NCBI GenBank assembly: GCA_964590225.1
Contig: CAZPWS010000051.1
Location: 1-22,661, forward strand
Origin: an uncultured Fibrobacterota bacterium
GTDB taxonomy: Bacteria; Fibrobacterota; OXYB2-FULL-49-7; JAEUSG01
Direction of reading: 5' to 3'
Length of the DNA stretch: 22,661 nucleotides
A program made the position numbers and the translations under genes. Under the pieces are notes generated by a model, which had not been told where the DNA came from, did not search any database, and saw only the letters and a program-made list of their open reading frames with translations. Positions 1-7,364 of this stretch are shown one piece after another; position 1 is the first letter of the stretch; each line of letters begins with the position of its first letter.

Positions 1-29
1 TGCCAAATCTTTTTCTATTTTCTCGGGAT

Positions 30-1235
30 ATGCTTAAAAAACCAGAAATATCCATGCGCAGCAGGCAGGTACCAAAATCTGCAATCCGTAAACTTATCCC
101 ATTATCCTTGCAGGCAGAGCAGCGGGGAATAAAGGTTCATAAACTCAATATTGGTCAACCCGATGTCGAAACTCCGAAGGAGTTCTGGACGGGAGTAAAA
201 AACTTCAAGGAGAGGGTTCTTGCCTATTCGCCCTCCGAAGGACGGCCAGAGTTTGTTAATTCAATGGTTGAGTACTATCGCCGCAACGGGATTAATGTAA
301 GTAAAGACCAGATTATTACTCTTGCAGGCGGAATCGAGGGTGTTCAGTTCGCATTGCTAACAGTTGCAGAGTCGGGCGACGAAATAATTACGCCGGAGCC
401 CTACTATTCGAATTATGTTGGTGTATCTACCATGACTAATGTCCGATTTGTTCCCATTACTACCACTTCGGAAAATGGCTACCACCTGCCTGATATTAGC
501 GAATTCGAAAAAAAGGTTACAACCAAAACCAAAGCCATTCTGATAACTACGCCCGGGAATCCAACTGGATGTGTATATACGCCAAAAGAGATGGCCGATA
601 TCGCTGCCTTCGCAAAAAAGCATAACCTATTTATCATTTCCGATGAGGTTTACAGGGAGTTTTCGTACGAAGAGGCCCCAGTTACAAGTATAATGCAGAT
701 TGATGGCATTGAAGATCACGCGATACTTATCGACAGCGTTTCAAAACGGTATAGTGCCTGTGGTGCCCGTCTTGGTTGCATCTTAAGCCGTAATGCGGCC
801 TTTATGGAAGCTGTTAAGGGCTATGCCACGGTCAGACTCTCTGCTCCTACTCTCGACCAAATAGGCATTGCCGAGTGCATAAACACACCAAAAGAATATT
901 TTGAACAGGTGCGGAACGATTACCGTGAGCGGCGGGATATTGTTGTCAAAACAATGAACGAGTTAAAAGATGTTTATTGCCCGACTCCTGGCGGTGCTTT
1001 TTATGCAATGGTAAAAATCAACGGGGTTGACACGGAGGATTTCGCGCAATGGCTCCTTACAGATTTTTCCTTTGAAAACGAAACTGTACTTGTTGCCCCT
1101 GGCGCTGGATTTTATGCAACGCAGGGGCTTGGCCGTGACGAAATCCGTCTTGCGTATGTATTAAAAACGGATGAGATGAAAAGAGCCGCGCTTGTGCTAC
1201 AAAGGGCTATTGAATCTTACCGAGAAAAAAAGTGA
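30..1235 (+). CDS. PLP-dependent class I/II (fold-type I) aminotransferase, aspartate/aromatic aminotransferase-like
   Basis: 401-aa ORF. Family motifs include LNIGQPD near the N-terminus, TTPGNPTG, ISDEVY and the PLP-lysine context SVSKRYSACGARLG. An alternative ATG lies at 54. Confidence 0.85.
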   Translation: MLKKPEISMRSRQVPKSAIRKLIPLSLQAEQRGIKVHKLNIGQPDVETPKEFWTGVKNFKERVLAYSPSEGRPEFVNSMVEYYRRNGINVSKDQIITLAGGIEGVQFALLTVAESGDEIITPEPYYSNYVGVSTMTNVRFVPITTTSENGYHLPDISEFEKKVTTKTKAILITTPGNPTGCVYTPKEMADIAAFAKKHNLFIISDEVYREFSYEEAPVTSIMQIDGIEDHAILIDSVSKRYSACGARLGCILSRNAAFMEAVKGYATVRLSAPTLDQIGIAECINTPKEYFEQVRNDYRERRDIVVKTMNELKDVYCPTPGGAFYAMVKINGVDTEDFAQWLLTDFSFENETVLVAPGAGFYATQGLGRDEIRLAYVLKTDEMKRAALVLQRAIESYREKK

Positions 1236-3196
1236 ACAGTAAAACAAAGACTTCCATTTTATTAATTCTTGCATTTGTTTTTTCCACCTACGCGCTTGTT
1301 TACACTCCAAGGATATCAATAAAAGGGCAGGACGACTATCACTCCCTTGAGTCGATACTATCAACTGTTATTTCAGACCAAATGACAAATGCCCAAAAAG
1401 CAGAAGCAGTGTGGCGCTTTGTATTATCGGCAACCTTTCACTATAAGGCTCCGGAGGAGGGCTTAATTGATAATAGCCTCAAGTTTGAAATGAATACGCT
1501 TGAGGATCCTGTTAAGCTTCTTAACTCTTATGGCTATGCTTATTGTTTCTCCAATGTGTCAATTTTAACAAAATTATGGGAGGTTGCCGGTTTTGATTCA
1601 ACGCGGACATGGGGTATTGGTGGCCACATGATCGCGGAAGTATTTTACGATGGCGCGTGGCACCATTACGACAGCGACCAAAGTGTTTCTGCTTATTTTA
1701 TCAAGCATGACGGCAAAACAGTAGCATCTGTATCCGATATTATTGAGAGTCCAAATTTTTATATAATCGACCCAAAATATCGGTCAATTCCGCAAATGCC
1801 TTATGATAAAAATCCGATTTATTCTCACGAATCCCGTGCCGTACTTGCAAGCTATTATGCGTCGAAAAACGATAACTATATTCGGGATAGAATTGGCATA
1901 CTAACTCATAGAATGGATTATTACCTCAGAAAGAATGAGGAGCTGACTCTTTACTTTCATCCGACGGGAAAATGGCGACATACCGGTATGGATGTTTCAG
2001 TAATTAATCCGGCGTTAGGCCCTTACGACGCACATGGAACAAGAACCTATGGAAATGGAGTATTTGTTTACAAGCCAGATTTATCTTCTATTGCGGCCGT
2101 GGAAGACGGTCTTCATTCGTACAATAATGTTGTTATAAATAAAGGGATCAGACCGGCAGATCCCTCTAAAATTAGTAAGACTGTAATAAAAGTTCTTTCT
2201 CCATGGGTAATTACTGGCAGACCATTAAGTCCATCTGCTTCTGTCGATAAATATGTCGATTACTGCGATGCGGCCGTTGTTTCTGGGTTTCTAAAAAAAA
2301 CAGAGGACAAATCAGCAAAGAATGGCCCATTACTCTTCTCAATACAAATAAAAACAGAAAAACAGCCAGAATGGCAACATGTTTACTCGCAGCAACGGGA
2401 GGGATATTTCACCGTTGATTTGTCTAAATGGTTTTCTGAGGCTAATTACTACTACGAACTATCCTTTATTTTTGGTAAGGATTCCGGAAATGGATCCATT
2501 GAAGAACTGCAGATTACCACATCAGTTCAGGTTAATCCTGCTTCTCTTCCGCAACTCAAACCAGGCAATAATGAACTGATCTATTCTATGGACGGACCTG
2601 CCGTGGACAAAATATCGGTAGAAAATGGCGCTATAATTGGTCAATGCGTTGAGAAATACATCCATTCAACAGAAAATATTACAGTAACAAATGAGCAAGT
2701 CCGTCGCTTCGTGCAAACCGATAATAAAAAACCTGCGACAATAATTCTTAAACAACTGATGGAGGAGGGTACTGTAATCGACTACTGGTATGAAATGTTG
2801 TTTCACCAGAGAAAAAGTAGTACGGTGACAATAGAAAAAGCGGAGAACAAGACGGAAGAATGGGGTCTTATCGAAAAGAAAGATAAAGTACACCACGACC
2901 ACTGGGCCGAATGGCATTCTAAAATATTTAAGCCATCAACAGGGAATGCAAAAACTGTTTACTATCGCGTTACGCTTAGTGGTGGTTCTGCTTTAGTTTT
3001 GTTTAATGGCGGATACAGATATGCGTATAAGCCACCGGAGGGAAGCATCTCTGTTGAGCAAACGGCCATAATTGACGGAAAAGAGAAAGTTTTTAAATGG
3101 AACTTTAAAGAGCGCAATGGCAAAAAAGAAATTTTGATAGATGGTAAATCAGTTATCAATAAAAGTATCCGTTTTGTCTGTGGAAAACAGCCTTAA
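1232..3196 (+). CDS. Exported or membrane-anchored transglutaminase-like (Cys-His-Asp) protein with a long uncharacterised C-terminal region
   Basis: 654-aa ORF. The GTG start overlaps the upstream stop (GTGA at 1232-1235). N-terminal hydrophobic signal/anchor SILLILAFVFSTYALV. Transglutaminase-core-like context: AEAVWRFV..., YGYAYC105FSN, GGH132MIAEVFYDGAWHHYD147SD. I recognise no motif in the remaining ~480 aa. Confidence 0.6.
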   Translation: MNSKTKTSILLILAFVFSTYALVYTPRISIKGQDDYHSLESILSTVISDQMTNAQKAEAVWRFVLSATFHYKAPEEGLIDNSLKFEMNTLEDPVKLLNSYGYAYCFSNVSILTKLWEVAGFDSTRTWGIGGHMIAEVFYDGAWHHYDSDQSVSAYFIKHDGKTVASVSDIIESPNFYIIDPKYRSIPQMPYDKNPIYSHESRAVLASYYASKNDNYIRDRIGILTHRMDYYLRKNEELTLYFHPTGKWRHTGMDVSVINPALGPYDAHGTRTYGNGVFVYKPDLSSIAAVEDGLHSYNNVVINKGIRPADPSKISKTVIKVLSPWVITGRPLSPSASVDKYVDYCDAAVVSGFLKKTEDKSAKNGPLLFSIQIKTEKQPEWQHVYSQQREGYFTVDLSKWFSEANYYYELSFIFGKDSGNGSIEELQITTSVQVNPASLPQLKPGNNELIYSMDGPAVDKISVENGAIIGQCVEKYIHSTENITVTNEQVRRFVQTDNKKPATIILKQLMEEGTVIDYWYEMLFHQRKSSTVTIEKAENKTEEWGLIEKKDKVHHDHWAEWHSKIFKPSTGNAKTVYYRVTLSGGSALVLFNGGYRYAYKPPEGSISVEQTAIIDGKEKVFKWNFKERNGKKEILIDGKSVINKSIRFVCGKQP

Positions 3197-3205
3197 AAAG
3201 AAAAT

Positions 3206-3234
3206 TTGACTTAATTTTTTGTGAGTTATATATT
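3206..3234 (+). promoter_or_regulatory. Sigma-70-type promoter for the first ars operon (TTGACT-N17-TATATT)
   Basis: TTGACT at 3206-3211, a 17-nt spacer, then TATATT at 3229-3234, about 40 nt upstream of the arsR ATG at 3274. A short dyad ATATG-AC-CATAT (3238-3249) just downstream of the -10 is a weak operator candidate. Confidence 0.55.
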
Positions 3235-3273
3235 CCAATATGACCATATAGCCATTATTGATTGGGATGTAAT

Positions 3274-3609
3274 ATGAAAAAGACGATTACAGATTCAAAA
3301 AACGGTACAAAGTATAAAGAACGGGCAAACATCTTTAAGGCGTTGGCCCACCCAACAAGGCTTAGGATATTAGATGAATTGTCAAAAGGTGAAAAATGTG
3401 TTTGCGAACTTATAGGTCTCGGTGATAGCGATCAATCAACAATATCCAAACACCTTGCATTAATGAAATCAGCCAAGATTCTTGAATCTGAACGAAGAGG
3501 TACGCAGGTTATATATAGGCTGAAAATGACCTGTGTTGTCATGTTTCTTTCGTGTATTGACAACTCAATAATTGCCGCTGCTAAAGAGAAAATCAAGGGG
3601 CTTTCATGA
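3274..3609 (+). CDS. arsR: ArsR/SmtB-family metalloregulatory repressor (copy 1)
   Basis: 111 aa from ATG 3274; the track ORF starts at an upstream TTG at 3262. Winged-HTH signature HPTRLRILDEL...STISKHLALMKSAKIL. A CVC pair (C42, C44) sits at the alpha3 position used for As(III) binding in R773-type ArsR. The stop overlaps the next start (ATGA at 3606-3609). Confidence 0.85.
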   Translation: MKKTITDSKNGTKYKERANIFKALAHPTRLRILDELSKGEKCVCELIGLGDSDQSTISKHLALMKSAKILESERRGTQVIYRLKMTCVVMFLSCIDNSIIAAAKEKIKGLS

Positions 3610-4904
3610 GTATAAAAGATGAAATCAAGCCATTTTTCTGGCTAATTGGTGGCTTTATTCTCGCATACTATTTACCCTTAGGCACAACCCGTTTTGACAA
3701 TGCAATATTCGAAGCATTTCATCTTGTAAAGTGGTATGCCCGTGAACATGTTCTGCTCTGCCTTGTTCCAGCTTTTTTTATAGCTGGAGCCATTAGTGTT
3801 TTTGTAAGCCAAGCATCCGTGATGAAATATCTGGGTGCAAAAGCGAATAAAGTTCTTGCTTATGGAGTTGCTTCTGTTTCCGGAACGGTACTAGCCGTTT
3901 GTTCATGCACGGTGTTACCACTATTTGCAGGTATATACAAAATGGGAGCAGGAATTGGTCCGGCCACTGCTTTTCTTTACTCTGGCCCAGCTATTAATGT
4001 TCTAGCCATTGTAATGACAGCACGAATCTTAGGTGTGGAAATGGGAATCGCAAGAGCTGTTGGCGCTATTGGCTTTGGTTTGATTATTGGGCTCGTAATG
4101 CAGTTTATTTTCAGAGAAGATGAAGCAAAAAAGATTGCCGTACAAAAAGAGATGCCGGATCCTGAAGGTGTCAGACCTCTTTCCCACACAATCATCTATT
4201 TCGCTTCCATGATAGCCATTCTTGTGTTTGCTAATTTCGGTAAAACCGAATCGACGACAGGAGTTTGGCATGTAATTTATTTAAGCAAATGGATACTGAC
4301 CTCTGTCGCAGGAGTTGTGTTCGCCTTTACCCTTGTTGCTATTATTAAAATAAAATTGTGGAAAGTAATTTTATCTTCATTGGTAGTTGCTTTTCTGGGC
4401 TTAAAATTCGGCAATAATCCTCTTGTTCCTTTTACCATTGGCGCACTTATGCTTTCGTGGATGACTGCAACAGATAAAAATGAAGGCAGTGACTGGTTTT
4501 CTTCCACATGGGGATTTATAAAGCAGATAACACCTCTCTTAATTATGGGTGTTGCGGCTGCCGGCTTCTTTTTGGGGCGCGTAGGTAATGAAGGGGTTAT
4601 TCCATCAGAATGGATTGCAAAACTTGTTGGGGGAAATTCACTGCCTGCTAACTTTTTTGCTTCGATTGTAGGTGCGTTCATGTATCTCGCAACACTCACA
4701 GAAGTTCCGATCATTCAGGGACTCATGGGAAGTGGAATGGGAAAGGGACCGGCTTTAGCGCTTCTATTGGCAGGGCCTGCGCTATCGCTTCAAAGTATGC
4801 TAGTACTCAGCACGATAATGGGTTGGAAAAAGACAGCCGTTTATATCACCCTTGTTGTGGTAATGGCAACGACATCCGGTTTGATGTATGGAAATTTATT
4901 TTAG
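3606..4904 (+). CDS. Polytopic permease of the ArsP_1/DUF318 type (ArsP-like putative organoarsenical or metalloid permease)
   Basis: 432 aa with many hydrophobic segments. Motif AVCSCTVLPLFAGIYKMGAGIGPATAFLYSGPAINVLAI is typical of the predicted-permease family. That family is commonly found next to ArsR and a small thioredoxin. Translationally coupled to arsR. Confidence 0.65.
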   Translation: MSIKDEIKPFFWLIGGFILAYYLPLGTTRFDNAIFEAFHLVKWYAREHVLLCLVPAFFIAGAISVFVSQASVMKYLGAKANKVLAYGVASVSGTVLAVCSCTVLPLFAGIYKMGAGIGPATAFLYSGPAINVLAIVMTARILGVEMGIARAVGAIGFGLIIGLVMQFIFREDEAKKIAVQKEMPDPEGVRPLSHTIIYFASMIAILVFANFGKTESTTGVWHVIYLSKWILTSVAGVVFAFTLVAIIKIKLWKVILSSLVVAFLGLKFGNNPLVPFTIGALMLSWMTATDKNEGSDWFSSTWGFIKQITPLLIMGVAAAGFFLGRVGNEGVIPSEWIAKLVGGNSLPANFFASIVGAFMYLATLTEVPIIQGLMGSGMGKGPALALLLAGPALSLQSMLVLSTIMGWKKTAVYITLVVVMATTSGLMYGNLF

Positions 4905-4913
4905 CTCACTATT

Positions 4914-4990
4914 AGACTCTGTATCGAAAAGATATACGCTTTTTGCGGATATCTTTGACGATTACAGAGTCTTATTTCGGCCTTAGCCGA
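4914..4990 (+). promoter_or_regulatory. Extended imperfect stem-loop (about 24 bp in 59 nt) followed by a 5-bp hairpin, just upstream of the thioredoxin RBS; function unknown
   Basis: AGACTCTGTA (4914-4923) pairs with TACAGAGTCT (4963-4972). Inner helices are TCG/CGA, AAAGATAT (4928-4935)/ATATCTTT (4949-4956), and CGC-TTTTT-GCG at the apex. A second hairpin TCGGC-CTTA-GCCGA (4977-4990) is followed by TTT, AGGAGA and the ATG at 5005. Confidence 0.45.
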
Positions 4991-5004
4991 TTTAGGAGAA
5001 TATC

Positions 5005-5238
5005 ATGAAGAGAATACAAGTACTTGGAACGGGATGTCCAAAATGCAAAAAACTTGCTGAAGCAGCTGACACTGCTGCAAAGGAACTTGGGTTAGAGTAT
5101 GAACTTGTAAAGGTTACGGATATTAACCAGATTATGGATTTTGGTGTTATGATGACACCGGCACTGGCTGTTGATGGGACTGTTAAAGTTGTTGGTCGGG
5201 TTCCTACAGTTGAAGAAATAAAAGGATTAATTAATTAG
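5005..5238 (+). CDS. Small cytoplasmic thioredoxin-fold protein (redox-active disulfide protein 2 / Thioredoxin_3 type); possible ArsE equivalent
   Basis: 77 aa. N-terminal MKRIQVLGTGCPKCKKL with a CPKC redox motif. No signal peptide. Strong RBS AGGAGA at 4994-4999. Confidence 0.8.
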   Translation: MKRIQVLGTGCPKCKKLAEAADTAAKELGLEYELVKVTDINQIMDFGVMMTPALAVDGTVKVVGRVPTVEEIKGLIN

Positions 5239-5262
5239 CTTTTTTAAAATAGGGAGAATGCG

Positions 5263-5772
5263 ATGGATCATAAAACAAAAAAAATGGCAAAAAGTATTCT
5301 GATAATTGTGGTTGTTGCATTTGTTTTGGCTGGCATTGCCGCTGGAACCGCAAAAAGTTCAGCAACTAAAATCCCAGAAGACACCACAGCAGCAAAAAAA
5401 GATACTATTGCGACAAAGGTTTCCGAACCTCTTGCTGCTTCACAAACTATTGTCTATTACTTTATGACTACATACCGTTGCAGATCATGCAATTTTATTG
5501 AGAACACTACAAAAGCTGCAATCGAACAAAATTTTGCAGACCAAATTAAAAACGGTAGTATGGTATTTAAAACAATCAATGTTGATGAAAATCAGAACAA
5601 GCACTTTGTTAATAAATATGGTTTATACACAAAAACAGTTGTTGTTTCTTCTGTAAAAAATGGCGAAGAATTAAAGTGGAAGAATCTTGATCAGATCTGG
5701 AACCTCATTGGTCAGGATGAATCATTTAAGGTTTATATTGCTAACGAAATTAAAGCCTTTCTGAAATTGTGA
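5263..5772 (+). CDS. arsF: Membrane-anchored thioredoxin-fold-like CxxC protein, predicted to face the periplasm; resembles proteins currently named nitrophenyl-compound nitroreductase subunit ArsF family
   Basis: 169 aa. Lys-rich N-terminus (MDHKTKKMAKS) followed by one TM segment (ILIIVVVAFVLAGIAAGTA) gives an N-in topology by the positive-inside rule. CRSC motif in YYFMTTYRCRSCNF. RBS GGGAGA. The ArsF name comes from my memory of annotation usage, not from a search. Confidence 0.5.
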   Translation: MDHKTKKMAKSILIIVVVAFVLAGIAAGTAKSSATKIPEDTTAAKKDTIATKVSEPLAASQTIVYYFMTTYRCRSCNFIENTTKAAIEQNFADQIKNGSMVFKTINVDENQNKHFVNKYGLYTKTVVVSSVKNGEELKWKNLDQIWNLIGQDESFKVYIANEIKAFLKL

Positions 5773-5781
5773 AATAAGATA

Positions 5782-6471
5782 ATGGAGAAATTTTTTCTGG
5801 ATTTCTGGATTGCTCTATGGCTTGGTATTACAACTTCAATAAGTCCATGTCCTCTTGCAACTAACATAGCAGCAATTTCATATGTAGGCAGACGCGCCGG
5901 TACAGTGCGCGGAATAATTACCGCTGGACTCCTTTATACGCTTGGAAGAATGATTTCTTATTTGGCAGTCGGTTTTATAGTTACAAAAAGTCTTCTATCG
6001 ATACCTCAGCTTTCCATGTTTCTGCAAACACATATGAATCAGATAATTGGTCCGTTGCTGATTGTTGTCGGTCTTGTACTGTTTGGATTCATAGACTTCA
6101 GCACAGGTGGAGGAGGTTTTACAGAAAAACTCAAGGCAAAAGTAGATAAAGCCGGAGTTTGGGGAGCCTTGATTCTTGGTTTATTATTCGCGCTAACATT
6201 CTGTCCTGTTTCTGCCGCTCTCTTTTTTGGAAGTTTGATTCCCATAGCTGTCCGCCACTCTTCGACATTTATAATCCCATCAATTTATGGCATAGGTACG
6301 GCCGTTCCAGTTCTGGTGTTTGCAATAATCATGGCTTTTAGTGTTAGGGCGGTAGGTAAGGTTTTCAGCAAAATCACTTCCATAGAAATATGGATTCGGA
6401 GGATTATGGCTCTGGTTTTCATCGGTGCCGGTGTTTATATGACACTTGTTCATACGCTGAAATTGCTGTGA
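5782..6471 (+). CDS. arsG: CcdA/DsbD-transmembrane-domain-like membrane protein (DsbD_2 type); resembles proteins currently named aromatic aminobenzylarsenical efflux permease ArsG family
   Basis: 229 aa with about 6 hydrophobic segments. Two membrane-embedded Cys-Pro motifs, SISPC23PLATN and LTFCPVSAALFFG, are the hallmark of CcdA-type thiol-disulfide transporters. The ArsG name is from memory. Confidence 0.5.
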   Translation: MEKFFLDFWIALWLGITTSISPCPLATNIAAISYVGRRAGTVRGIITAGLLYTLGRMISYLAVGFIVTKSLLSIPQLSMFLQTHMNQIIGPLLIVVGLVLFGFIDFSTGGGGFTEKLKAKVDKAGVWGALILGLLFALTFCPVSAALFFGSLIPIAVRHSSTFIIPSIYGIGTAVPVLVFAIIMAFSVRAVGKVFSKITSIEIWIRRIMALVFIGAGVYMTLVHTLKLL

Positions 6472-6488
6472 GTCCAAAAAAATAATAA

Positions 6489-6517
6489 TTGGTAGAGATA
6501 TTTTTATTTATTATATT
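6489..6517 (+). promoter_or_regulatory. Candidate promoter of the second ars operon (TTGGTA-N17-TATATT)
   Basis: TTGGTA at 6489-6494, a 17-nt spacer, then TATATT at 6512-6517. It lies in the only sizeable gap (6472-6560) inside the ars island, 44 nt upstream of the arsM ATG. Confidence 0.4.
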
Positions 6518-6535
6518 TCGTTATGTGGCGAAATA
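6514..6535. promoter_or_regulatory. Perfect 7-bp inverted repeat TATTTCG-N8-CGAAATA; candidate ArsR operator
   Basis: TATTTCG at 6514-6520 and CGAAATA at 6529-6535. The repeat overlaps the putative -10 and the expected transcription start. Confidence 0.4.
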
Positions 6536-6560
6536 AGAACATATAAATCCGGAGAATTTC

Positions 6561-7364
6561 ATGAACCCAATCTCAGTAAAATCAATGGTTAAAAAAAAAT
6601 ACGCTTCAATTGCAACAGGAGGGGGCAGCGGGTGTTGTTCTTCCGGCTGTTGCGGCAGTGGTGAGGTTGACTATTCAATATTTAGCGATGATTATTCCAA
6701 ACTGGATGGCTATGTCCCTGAAGCCGACCTTAACCTTGGCTGCGGAATGCCAACAAAATATGCTGCCATAAAAGAGGGACAGACTGTAGTCGATCTTGGA
6801 TCGGGGGCCGGTAACGACTGTTTTGTGGTTCGCAGAATTGTCGGCGAGACAGGAAATGTCATTGGTCTTGATATGACCGAAGAAATGGTGACCAAGGCAA
6901 AAGAAAACAATAGGAAAATGGGTTATACAAATGTCGATTTTCGCTTAGGTGACATAGAGGACATGCCTATTGAATCCAATATTGCTGATGTTGTAGTCAG
7001 CAACTGCGTGTTAAATCTTGTACCAGATAAAGGAAAAGCTTTTTCTGAAATTTTGCGCATACTCAAGCCTGGTGGCCATTTTTGCGTCTCTGACATCGTA
7101 ATTAAGGGTGAGATGCCGGAGAAACTAAAACGAGTTGCTGAACTGTACGCAGGCTGTATTTCAGGAGCACTTGCAAAGAGTGAATATCTTGATATAATTA
7201 GTTCCACAGGTTTTGAGAGTGTTAGCATCGAAAGTGAAAAAGAATACCATATACCAGATGAAGTATTAGCCGAATACATGGATATAAATGCGTTGCAGAA
7301 TTTTCGAAAGAGTAATGTTAAAGTACTAAGCATAACGGTTGTTGCAAAAAAACCGAAGGGATGA
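6561..7364 (+). CDS. arsM: Arsenite S-adenosylmethionine methyltransferase
   Basis: 267 aa. Cys-rich N-terminus GGGSGCCSSGCCGSG. Conserved LNLGCGMP. SAM-binding motif VVDLGSGAGNDCF. Also VVSNCVLNLVPDK and conserved LYAGCISGA. RBS GGAGA at 6551-6555. Confidence 0.9.
   Translation: MNPISVKSMVKKKYASIATGGGSGCCSSGCCGSGEVDYSIFSDDYSKLDGYVPEADLNLGCGMPTKYAAIKEGQTVVDLGSGAGNDCFVVRRIVGETGNVIGLDMTEEMVTKAKENNRKMGYTNVDFRLGDIEDMPIESNIADVVVSNCVLNLVPDKGKAFSEILRILKPGGHFCVSDIVIKGEMPEKLKRVAELYAGCISGALAKSEYLDIISSTGFESVSIESEKEYHIPDEVLAEYMDINALQNFRKSNVKVLSITVVAKKPKG

Noticed and set aside
4277-4714. 145-aa minus-strand ORF, plus smaller ones at 3977-4195 and 4029-4271
   Set aside because: They are antisense shadows inside the ArsP-like permease gene. 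The plus-strand frame has the coherent TM pattern and operon coupling.
6923-7333. 136-aa minus-strand ORF inside arsM, plus another at 6710-6910
   Set aside because: The plus-strand frame encodes complete ArsM motifs. The antisense frames are Ser-rich and lack start signals.
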